Shown piece after piece: positions 1 through 11,300 of a stretch of DNA of 64,000 bases. How positions within the stretch are numbered: position 1 is the stretch's first letter; each line of letters begins with the position of its first letter. Below the pieces are notes generated by a model, which saw only the letters and a program-made list of their open reading frames with translations, was not told where the DNA came from and did no database searches. Location: positions 868,001 through 932,000 of the forward strand of contig NC_135771.1 in the NCBI RefSeq assembly GCF_052425735.1, in the 5' to 3' direction. Origin of the DNA: Oculina patagonica. Lineage: Eukaryota. The translations under genes were made by a program, and so were the position numbers.

Positions 1-1699
1 CTCTTGGGAAATAAAAGGGTTAAAGTTTCATCATGCACACCATATGCCTGCTCTGCTCTGTATTTAACTAAAGCTTTAACCAACTTCGTTGCTACTTGTA
101 CAAGCATGTTTTCTGGATGCTCTTAAATCGCTTGGCACCATCATTTTGCCTGAGGCTAAACATTCATGATCATAACTTATCACCTTTCGGTGTGCATGTA
201 TAGGTGCAGAGTTATTGGCAAATACCTGCAGTCAAATTGCCTCATACGTGTAATGCAGATTAGGTATGTACATCACATGTCATCATCATCATCATCATCC
301 TCATCGTCCTCATCATCACAAATCCTATATTACACATTTTATTTTCAGTTGGCTTTTTAAATGCACCTAAACTGTGACTAATGTTTCCTGCCTTCCATGT
401 GTGTTATTGCCTTTGCTTGCACTGCACTTACACCATCCATTACTCTGACATGGTTAAGCATAGCTCAAGAAATCAAAAATTGTAAGAAGGGGATGTCTGA
501 GAATGGCCTCTTCCGCAGACTACTCCTTTTAATCCTTTATATTGGGATTCATTTGGTGGCAGAGGGGAAGAGAGAAAACTGGGACTAGTAGAGAGGAAGA
601 AGTCCTGTGGCTCTGTCCCAGTCTCTCTTCTGTAACAAAGGGAGTTGCCTGCAAGAAGGCTTGAGCAACAAGCTGACAATAAATATTCCATTCTGTCTTG
701 TTCTGTCAGAGTTATACATTTATTTCTCTGGAAATACATGTAGGCCTTGCATGCAGTTGCAAGGGTTTTCATTGGTCTTCATTTCAGAACTTCTTTGACT
801 ATTTGTTGAGATCATTCTTAACAAGTCACCTTTACTTTTCAGGCCTCCAGACAACACAGTCAAGCAAGATAACAGTGAATCAGCATTTCAAGTTGTAGGA
901 TATCGAAAGGGTGGAAAAGTTCTACATGAACACTGGGTGTGACCAGTTTTACTCAATAATTTCTGTTTTTTTTTAACAAATTTGGCCTTTCAATAACACA
1001 CAAAGTCTGAAAATCGGAACCAACTTATGAGTATTTTTTCGCTTTTTTGTTTGTTGGTTTGTTTTTTTTTTCTTCACTGTGAATTATGATGGCAGTCAAC
1101 AAGCCTGGAAAAAAGAAGCAAACAAAACAGATTATTGAAAGGCATAGTAAGGCATTATCTGATAAGCTTGTGTGATTTTATAATTATACAGTAATTCAAC
1201 AAAGCTGCTTTATAACTACAGTACATGGCATTTTTTCATGGTTTTTGTGAAAGCAATTCTTTATGTTTCAGGGTCACACTTTTTGAAAATTCCTTTTGAT
1301 GCACTTCTGTATTTGTATCAAGTCATTTACATGTACATGGCACATTCAAATTTTATTTATTTTTAATAGTCAGCAAAAAAGTCGCCTTGCAATTGAGGAC
1401 AATACCGTTTTGCTTTCATTAAGTAAGAAGCATTTTAAAACTTCAAAAAAAAGAAAAAATATTTTTTTAGTAAAATAGAGTTGGACCTTTTAACAAGATT
1501 GCCATGTTATTATTTAGAGTAAGGAAGCAAAGATTTCTCTTCATTAACTTGCATGTACAAATTATACCAGGAGAGATGTAATGAGATCCAAGCCAGAAAA
1601 TTTGTTTCTAAACAGTGTAGCTGACAGATACCATAAAAGCGTCATTTAAGCTAAACCTTACCAAGCCCCACACAGATCTTTGTAGCACTGCATTGTGAG

Positions 1700-1990
1700 T
1701 ACCGGGGCCTGCGGCGCCCTGATCGCAGGAGCCCCGCACGAGCAGAAACCGGGCACTCCGGAGCACGCCAGAGGAGACCGGACCCGTGACACACGAAAGG
1801 AGACAGAGTGCCTCGCGAAGACAAGGGGGCACGAGAACTGCACCAAGCGCGACGCGGGCGGCGAGAGACAGGACACGGGGAGGAGCGAACGAGGGGGACG
1901 CGAGAAGGGGAGGACGGAGGGAGGACACCCCAGGGACAGAGGCCGGAACGCGCCATGAGACCGGAACGAAATGGTCCAAGGATCGCGCCC
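1700..1990. other. GC/CpG-rich, T-poor self-complementary island of unknown origin (island A)
   Basis: Abrupt compositional shift, several hairpins, and CATTGTGAG direct repeats at 1691-1699 and 2058-2066. Confidence 0.7.
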
Positions 1991-2594
1991 AAAGTGTTTG
2001 GTTTGGATCTCACTTCACTCTTTTCCAACCAAAGAGATTCAGAGGTTTCCAAGGAAACATTGTGAGGATATGATGTGAAATTTAAAATAGCTGTTAAACT
2101 ACAGTTGATCCGTATTTGCCAAAATCAAAAACAGAGGCCAGTGTCTATAATGTAGAGGTTTTATTTTAAGCAAATGATAAGAATATTGTGGAGGGACGTG
2201 AACTGTCTGTTGTGATCAGGTGGTGGAGTATGGCAGTGGCCAGTTAAATTTATGATGTCCAGTTGTAACAATGATTTTTTTACTGCCATGTTCATTGTAA
2301 ATATTATTGTACATAAAAAAGAAAAATAATCAAAATATTCACATAATTGCCACAGACTTATTTAAATGCTGCCTAGGAGAATATTGTGGTACATTAAGAC
2401 AATAGCCGCAAGTTGATGATTTTAGTTATTCTCATCAATTGTCTGCTAAATAATGTGTGGATATCGTGAGGAGAAATTAGATTTTTGTCACTCTTGGGAA
2501 TTAAAGAGCTTTTGAGGGACTGGTAGTATTTGAGCCTGAAAAAACAGCTGCCTCTCATCTCTCCAAGTTGGTTCAGTGTTTGCTTAAGCCAAAC

Positions 2595-2753
2595 TAGACT
2601 GCTCACAGCTCTCTATTTTTTTTTATTTTTCTTCCATAGTTGAATGGAGGGAAAGAATCAACCCAACCCCACTCCCCATGTTTCACACTTTGCACCCGCT
2701 GATCCTCTCACGTTTTTTAGCGTTGAAAAAAAACAGAGGCTGTGAACAGTCTT
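2595..2753. mobile_element. Short TIR element with 9-bp target-site duplication (AcademH-like, non-autonomous)
   Basis: TIRs TAGACTGCTCACAGC / GCTGTGAACAGTCT; AAGCCAAAC duplicated at 2586-2594 and 2754-2762. Confidence 0.65.
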
Positions 2754-2789
2754 AAGCCAAACTGGCCAAGCAGTGAGAGGGAGCTGTAT

Positions 2790-2979
2790 TGTGCAGTTCC
2801 AGAAAATATCCATACTCACTCCATGGAAGGTCATTGGAAATTCTGAGGGGGTAGGAGCTTTCAAACGCCAAAATTTTACAGGAAAGTATGGGGCTTAACT
2901 GGAATTTTTTCCAGAGGGGAGGGGGATTCAGATCTAAAACTGTTCGCTGGGAGGAGTGGATATTTTCTGAAACAACACA
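2790..2979. mobile_element. MITE, same family as 9420-9609
   Basis: TIRs TGTGCAGTTCCAGAAAATATCC / GGATATTTTCTGAAACAACACA. The right end plus flank is tandemly re-duplicated at ~3025-3085. Confidence 0.75.
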
Positions 2980-3651
2980 TTTGAAGGCTGTTGTATTTGT
3001 ACCAGCTGGATTGTTATCTTCTGGGGGAGGGATTTTCTGAAACAACACATTTGAAGGCTAGTTGTATTTGTACCAGCATGGATTGTAAGTTATCTTTTTT
3101 AGCGTTTGCTTTGTTTTCTGCAAGAAAACCAGATGACTGTTGTAATGCGCATTTTCTTTTTTACATAAAAGAGGTCCAGTTAGACTATTTTTCCTACCTT
3201 GCATCAGGGCTGTGTTAAATAAAGAACTCTAATAAAAGCCTACAGCTGGTGATAGTTAGCCCCATGGAGCATATCAGTTATTTTCTTTTGTAAAATAGAA
3301 TCTGATCTAGGAGTGCCTTTTAAAAATAGTGTAAATAGGTTTATTATTAAATGTAATTTAATAAAGGGAATAATTTGTGGTAATGTATGTGCAATCGTCA
3401 TAGAAATTAGATGATTTGTAACCACAAGTGAAGTGGAAGTAGATATATCGTGAATAACCAGTTAGGTTTTTTTTGGTGGGAGGGGGTATGGTCCATCAGT
3501 CCTGATTTAAATTGGGATTTATTTTCTAATTTTAGAAAGCAAAATTGGAAATAATATCTTTTGTTAACCTATGTGATATGAAGGTGAACTGCAGAGTCCA
3601 TTTTAGTATTATGTTCCTGTGCTGAACACTTTTCTACCTTAGTGGTATTTC

Positions 3652-3890
3652 TCTCCACCCAGAAATGGGTGGCGGGGAGGGAGTATGCTTCCTGAGAGCG
3701 TCCTCAGGGCATTTATGTACATATATTATAGTACTGGCCCGGGAAGCTCTGCAGTTTTGCCATATCCCCCCCTCCTCTTTGTTTTAGCACTGAGGACGTC
3801 TGCGAGATTGAACAAGAGACCGGCAGCAGAGAAGCCAGCAGTTCCGTGCGTGGTCCCCTGCATCCAAACTGTTTTTGTGTCTCCACCCAG
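3652..3890. other. Structured insert with 11-bp direct repeats and pseudoknot potential (island B)
   Basis: TCTCCACCCAG at 3652-3662 and 3880-3890, a GAAA tetraloop hairpin, and CGTCCTCAG/CTGAGGACG pairing. Confidence 0.55.
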
Positions 3891-4838
3891 GCACTGGTTA
3901 AATAACTGTGAAAATGTACTGGGAGGTAGTCTAACTTATGCACCAATCAATATTACGTTGGGGAGAGGGCAGGGGGTTTGACAGCAATTGTCCGCCCTTA
4001 GTGGGGACTCCTGACTATTCTAAAGGAATCTCTAACAAAGTTATTGACGTTTAGTGGTTTTTGACCATCCACGAATGCCCTGTGGTGGGACATTTGAACA
4101 GAAAATCCCGGCTAATAGGTTTAAATTTCCCTCCAATTCCCATCCTTCCTCATGACGCGCATAGCAAAAATAAACGTGACGGAAACGTCCTCTGTAATGA
4201 AGTATACATAGTGAGGGAGTTCCTCTTAAAATGGATAGGTGATGATGGGAAATTACTATGCGATTTCCCGCATTTTGATTGGTTCTTACTTATGATCTAT
4301 CAGAGTACAGACACATGGATGACGTCACGCGGTGGTGTGACTCGCGCGCGTGATCAGAGTTCATAGTCCAATTCAGAGTTGTCGGCAAAGTTTTTCAAAC
4401 TTGCGGTGCCACAACCAAGCAAAAAAGTTCAGCTTAATTACAAATCTTCAGTGAGAAACAATACGCCAAGCATCGTTCACCTTTCGAAGCATTTAACTAG
4501 GCGAAGCAAGCTTGAAGAAGACAGTGAATTATTCAAGAAATTATCCGAAATCTGTATAAAAGTTTGACCGATGTTGTACAGTTGGACGACGCCACAGAAA
4601 ACGAACGAAATGCGGTTGAACGCTTCGGTTAATGCTTACAGATTTGAACAACTTTCCAAATCGGAATAAAGGTTAGTTTTTTCATTGACTCTCAATTGAC
4701 CATTTTTCTGTTTATTCAATCGGATTAACAATGCTTCACGTTAACGAAAACTTAATAGTGAAATCAAAACAACTTAGCTCATCGGTACGGCAGCATTGCT
4801 CACACAGAAGTGTGCTGAAGTCTTGTGTTATTATATAA

Positions 4839-5026
4839 AACAAATAGATTTCATTTTGCCGTGCGTCTGTTCAGTAATAGATCACAGAAGACGTCAAAAT
4901 GTGGTATGAACATCAGTGACCCACTCGGCTAGCGCCTCGTGGGCCACTTCTCTGTTCATACCACATTTTGACGTCATCTGTGATCTATTACTGAACAGAC
5001 GCACGGCAAAATGAAATCTATTTGTT
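4839..5026. mobile_element. Long-palindrome foldback element / MITE
   Basis: About 75-bp near-perfect inverted arms (AACAAATAGATTTCATTTTGCCGTGCGTCTGTTCAG... / ...CTGAACAGACGCACGGCAAAATGAAATCTATTTGTT). Confidence 0.8.
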
Positions 5027-5089
5027 AGCCAGGGCGGGAGAAGGCCTTCTCCCGCGCGCGCCCTGGCTTAGCCAAGTTTCCTCCCCCGC

Positions 5090-5215
5090 TTCCGGAAGTT
5101 AGTTTCTGCGGTTGCGTGACCGGAAGTAATCCCAGACCACCAGTTTCTTCTGTAAAGTTCGACCGAGTCCTCCACTCCTCCGGGCTCCTCGAAGTGAATT
5201 TTTGTCATCATGGCG
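5090..5215 (+). promoter_or_regulatory. CpG-rich core promoter region of SLC38A9 with ETS (CCGGAAGT) sites and a YY1-like ATGGCG motif
   Basis: CCGGAAGT at ~5092 and ~5120 and CATGGCG at ~5208, 70-190 bp upstream of the ATG. CpG is retained here, unlike the gene body. Confidence 0.5.
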
Positions 5216-5283
5216 ATGTGCACGTCGCTCATATGATAGCTATTCAGCTTTAGTTCTGCTGTTCTGACGACGCCTTGGCTGCT

Positions 5284-8200
5284 ATGGAAGGAAGAGGCAC
5301 AAATGATCATGCAGTAAAAGCCATAGACGAAAAATCTCCTCTCCTTTCTGTACAAGACGATCCAAGCAATGGGAGTAGCGACAGGTTAAGTCTCTCAACT
5401 TCAAGCAATTCAAGGTAGAATTGCTTACAAATTTAATATGTTCTAGAATGTGGGTGATTATACCATGTAAATCAGCCTTTTAAACGACAGTTTTCATATC
5501 GATGGCCTGTTTAATCATTTAGAAAGCTTATATGAGCTTGATCTAGCTACTAATCACATGTCACGTGAAAAATTTTACGACACGCATTTACGAAACGTTT
5601 TGCTGTGGTTTTCGTTTATTCCTTGGACGAATACGTCGTATTATGCATGGCTAACAATGAAATTGTAGGAGATACTAAAAATAAGGCCCCTGGGAAATAA
5701 GGGCTGCAAGAAATTTCTCAGAATATCAGGAAGAATTTTAAAATCAAAGCCTCTTCGAGCCACGACTGAATTTTTTTCACCAAGTTTTACGTTTGGTTTT
5801 CATATCTTGAATATATATGAGCGGCAGATGTTCAAACATTTCTTTGATGCAATTAAAAAGCAAAAAAACGGGCAAACATGCGTGACAATTGCAGACAATC
5901 GGCGGTTGACCCCACAATGTCTATAACATTGATATAAGATCTTTTCATTTTACGTGACTGAGATTGTCGGATTAGCTCAGTCGTGTAGGTTTCAGGATGG
6001 AGTGTGAGAGGTCGTGAGATCAAAACCCAGAAGTGTCTGTTCCTTTTTCCCTTTTTTTCTGTTTTTACCCCGCAGCACTAAAATGGTTTGTTTATTCTAT
6101 CGCTCCTGTATACATTGGAGAATAAAAGCATTTACACATGATTTACATGTAAGCCGTAAAGTAATAACGCTGTAAATAAATACCGTATATCAGAACATAT
6201 AGACTGATTCAGGTAAGTATACGAAAGAGATCAATCGGTGCATCGCTTTTGCGGCTCTTAATGTGGAAGATAAACTTGTTTATCGTATTTTACAAATTTC
6301 CGGCGTTATCTTTGCAATAGGAAATTATGTTATGCGAGGAATCTTCTAAGTATAGTATGAATGCGCGAGTGTCAGTTTCATGCATGCGTTACAAGCAGCT
6401 GTAACGCATGCAAATATCGCATGTCGCATCACTTTTGCGGCTCTTAATGTCCACCTTTTCGGCGGTCAGGTATCTTCCCCACATAATTTTTTTAGCCGCA
6501 TTTTGTTTCTTTGCTTTTGCCTTCCTTGTTAAACCTTAAAAAATAGCCTTATTACGGCCGCCTTGCCACACTCTCACTTCTCTTATCAAAATGTTTACAG
6601 CCCCAAGCTGGAAATAATAGAATATGTTGAACCCGATTTAATTTTCGAATGGTCATAGATGTGCGACGCTAGCTTAAAACAGTGATACATTGGAGAATAA
6701 AAGCATTTACATGTATAAACCCGTAAAGTAATAACGCTGTACGAAAGAGATCGATCAGTGCATCGCTTTTTGCGGCTCTTAATGTGGTAGATAAACTTGT
6801 TTATCGTAGTTGAAAATTCAGGCGTTAACTTTGCAATAGGAAATTATGTTATGCGAGGAATCTTCTCTGTATAGAAGATGCGCGAGTGTCAGTTTCATTT
6901 ATCGAGCGTTTGCATGTGTTACAAGCAGCTGTAACGCATGGAAATATCGCATGTTGCATCGCTTTTGCGGCTCTTAATAACGCTGTACGAAAGAGATCGA
7001 TCAGTGCATCGCTTTTTGCGGCTGTTAATGTGGTAGATAAACTTGTTTATCGTAGTTGAAAATTCAGGCGTTATCTTTGCAATAGGAAATTATGTTATGC
7101 GAGGAATGTTTACAGCTGATGGACCAACCAACCAACCAACCAACCAACCATGTGAGTGAAGTCGGGCTACCCACGACACTCCTTCATTGAAAATTCAGTC
7201 GTAATTATGACGCCATCAATTCTCTTCACCAGTCCCAACCCAGCCCCATACGTTCCTTGTTTGTTGAATTATTTCTGGCAAAATCAATATTATTAAAAGA
7301 CACATACATAGCTTTTCTTTATTGAAACTGTTCTTAATGCCTGTTTCTCTAGGAATCAAGATGACAACAACAGAACTAATGAGAATTCACGGAGCGACTC
7401 ACTTGATATTGAGATACGCAATCCTCGTCCAAAGAGAAAACCATTTCATTATAACTCACTCAAAAATCCAATTGTTACTTCACATGATGCAGACATGGCT
7501 GCCAAATTCAACCGCTATAGATACATTTCCAGACTGTCCAGACACAACTTGGTAAGGAAATTACAATACTCAATTTTTTTTTTTATTTGTGAGAGGTATG
7601 GTGGCCTTACTGTTAGTGCACTTTATTCTGGATTGAGTACTCCAGGCTTGAGCCCTGGCTGGGGCACTGCTTTGTTTTCTTGGGCAAAACACTTACATGT
7701 AACTCTCACAGTGCCTCTCTCCACCCAGTTGTATAAATGTACTGGCGAATTTACTGCCTGGGGTAACCCTGCGTTGGACTAGCATCCCATCCAGGAGGGA
7801 GCGGAATTACTCCTGGTCCCTTCATGCTACGGAAACTGGGATAAGCTCTGGCCTGATGGGCCACTAGGCTCGTATGCAGACTTTACCTTACCTTAGCTAC
7901 TTTTTTGATTTAATGATATAAATCTACATCTAGGAATAGCATTTTACTTTTAATTATGGAGTTGGTCAAAATGTGTTTGTCTTCAGAGGAGAAAGCCTAA
8001 AAATGAAAACATCTGAAACTGAACTGAAACTTTATTTACCCTCGGTAATATGAGCCGTGTTGGGGCTCTAGTAAGTATATGCTAATGAAACCGAGCATTT
8101 CACAGTATACAACACAATGCGCAAAGATAGACCACAACGCCAGGAACTCCGTGCCCTACTCTTTTCGATAAGTGTGTGGGTTCTTTAACGTCCCCTGTTG

Positions 8201-8305
8201 ATTATAACACTGAAGATGCAGGAGACGGGGCCTACAGTTTATCGTCCTCATCCGAGCAGACTAGAATATCTAACCATTTGCAGATGTCATTGCAAAGGCA
8301 GCATA

Positions 8306-8346
<41 letters not shown>

Positions 8347-11300
8347 TGGGACTCGAACCCGAGACCTCCCGCACGGCAGTCCGGTGCTCTACCAACAGAG
8401 CTAACCGGTCGGCGGTTAACATCATCTGTTGTTTCAGTTAGTGATTTGACAGTCAGAGGGCAGTTACAGGCTAATAGACATGCCACACCACCACAGAGAC
8501 GTTATCTAGGCTTGTCACACATTCTTCTGTTCAAAGTAACGACTACATTAGTTCCTTGGCAGTTGACCAAAATCTTATCATTTTTCCTGTCTTCTCTCTT
8601 AGATAATTCCAAGTCACATGCTTCCACCTCAGTTGTTTCTCATTGTACCCAAAGACACTGATGAGAAACAAAGCAGCCTTGTTACAATGTGAGTACTTCA
8701 AAAACTATGTGTCTCACAAAATTTTAGCCAAGTTTCAGGGGTCTCCTGGTCTTGAATTTTTCTGGTACCTTGGAGTCTGATTTTTTTTTTCAGTACTATT
8801 AACAACTTTTTCTAAAAAGGTGCTTAATATGATGATTTTTGCCCAGTTTGCAAAACATTATGGGAATGACCCCTTCATCATTTCTTTTGCAAGACTCACT
8901 CTCCAGCTCACAGAAGAGATATCAGTCTTGCCATCTTGCAAAGTATTAAATTCGACACCCTGCACAGTACACATACATGTACCAGTAAAGTCTCCCTTTG
9001 CAGGCGTATAAATCTCTACTAGCAAATTGGTTGGTCAGGCAGGAATAATTTGATAAACCAGTCCCAAGCTACAAAGCTACAGATGATTGCTTGGTTAAAA
9101 TAATTTTTTTGTTTAGCTTTTCAGTTTGGAATACCATGATGGGTACATCACTTTTAAGCATTCCATGGGCTATCAATCAGGTCAGTGTATCTTTAAGTCA
9201 AAAATAAACAGGGCTGTACATAACGGGGGAGGGGGGAGGCAGTTGCCCCCTGCCAAGAAAACTACAAAAACTAAGAAAATAAACTAAAAAAAAACTAAGA
9301 AAGCTACATTTGTAAAGGTGTGCAGAGTTTGCCCCCGCAGCGTGGAGTTTGTCCCCGCAGACAAAAAATCCTAGGTACCGCCCTGATAAACTCATTTATT
9401 ATGAATTCAGCCTTTAAATTGTGCAGTTCCAGAAAATATCCATACCCACCCCATGGAAGGTCATAGAAAATTCCAAGGAGGTGGGGGATCTCAAAACCCA
9501 AATTTTGAAGGGAAAAGTATAAAGCTTAACTGGCATTTCCAGAGGGGTGAGGGGGTCAAACCAAAATACTTTCCATAGGAGGGGTATGGATATTTTCTGG
9601 AACAACACATCCAGTACCTTGAAAGTGAATTTTCTTATCCAAAAAAATAAGTGGAAATAATTTGAACATAAATGATCTTCATTCATATGTAAATTTATGA
9701 TTATTTGCTTTATTTTTCACTGAGGTTATGAATAAATGATTGCAAGGTTTAAAACTCGAATTTGTTTAGGATTTATGAAGTTATTTTCATAGCTTATAAT
9801 TTTATGCAAAATCATTCTGGATCTTTTATTCCATTATATTTTGCAGGCTGGTTTTGCTCTTGCTATAATTCTGTTGATATTGATGGCTGGGATTTGTCTC
9901 TACAGCTGCTACTTAATAGTCAAAAGCGCAGAAGAGACAGGTATAAACTAAATTGTTAGCTAAAAGCATACAGTATTTCACTTTTTATACATGCATGCTT
10001 TCATGCCTTGCCTCGCGTGCCTCACACATTTTGTAAGACTCCAAAAGTACTGAATGAGCCTGCATTGGATATGAGATGCTAGATAGTCAACGAGGTGCTT
10101 AGCACCGAGTTGGCTATAACGATCTCATATCCAACAAGCACGAGTGGAATAATTGTTTTATTAAAAACGCCCAAAGAATTGCAAAATTTGAGCTCCTTAG
10201 CTATTTTCATTGACGTGTATCAGCTATCATAAAAATATTTAATATTTATTTTTATTATTATTACCAAATTTGTGGTCAATGGTATACGAGCTCATATACC
10301 ATTGCCTGTTAACCAATCAAAACGCAGAAATGGCAATATACCATTGCTAGTTTTTAATAATGTCTGTCATACAGTCAGTATATTGCCCTTCAGTACTAAA
10401 CTGTTGACAAGTTTTACTCTGTTTATTCCTCTAGTAAAACGTGGTGATGTTTTAGAATTTTCTGACATATGCAAGAAGTACCTTGGAAAGCCTGGGGAGC
10501 TCATAGCAGTGTTGTTTTCATTGGCTGCTATAGCTGGATCTGCCATTGTTTTTTGGGTTCTCATGAGCAATTTTCTTTTTAACTCTGGAAAGTTCATGCA
10601 TGGTATGTATGTTTCTTCAGCTATTGAGCTTGTAATGACAAAAGTGTTGTTTTGTTATTTAATAAATTATTGGAATCAAACAAAATCTATAGACCTGTCA
10701 TTTCTGCCACAGTTACATTTTTGTAAAGAAATGTGAAATTAGTGATCTTGTAGAAAATTTGTGACATTCACACTACTGATCAGCTAACAAGATGACAAAT
10801 GAAACTATTGTGGCACATGTATTTTACTAATTAAACATTCACTAACAGAGTCAAATTAAATTAATATATGGTTCTAACTCTAACTTCTAATAACATCCAT
10901 GTGGCTGCATGAAAAACACAAATCAGGAGAAAATTGTGTATTGCAACATGTATGGCATGAACAAACGTAATCAAATTGATGTGCTAAAAAATTATACACT
11001 AAAATATTTTAAGACTTCTGTCCCTTCATTAGCCTAAAAAATTTGTTCATCCATGTGGTACTGTTTTAGTAATAATTTTTGAACTTGACACCTTTAGAAG
11101 TGAATTAACTGATCAATGTTAACATAGAATAATTATTGTGTGAAAGTTTAAACAAACTGAGAACTAAAGGTGATCCTTTTATACAATTATGAATGCACAA
11201 CTATTGGTTTTATATCAAATATTTGTGATTTGCTCGTTGTTTTTGCAGAGAGTATTCATCATGCCTTTTCAGTCCCCACTTCAGTGAATTCTTCAAATGC

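Noticed and set aside
1608-2073. Seven overlapping ORFs on both strands
   Set aside because: They arise from extreme base composition that removes stop codons; no recognisable domain.
3733-3826. Cobalamin riboswitch-like or RNase P CR-I-like words (ACTGGCCCGGGAAG, GAGACCGGC)
   Set aside because: The remaining conserved elements of either family are absent.
6110-7108. CRISPR-like repeat array
   Set aside because: Long irregular tandem units without unique spacers, eukaryotic context, no cas genes.
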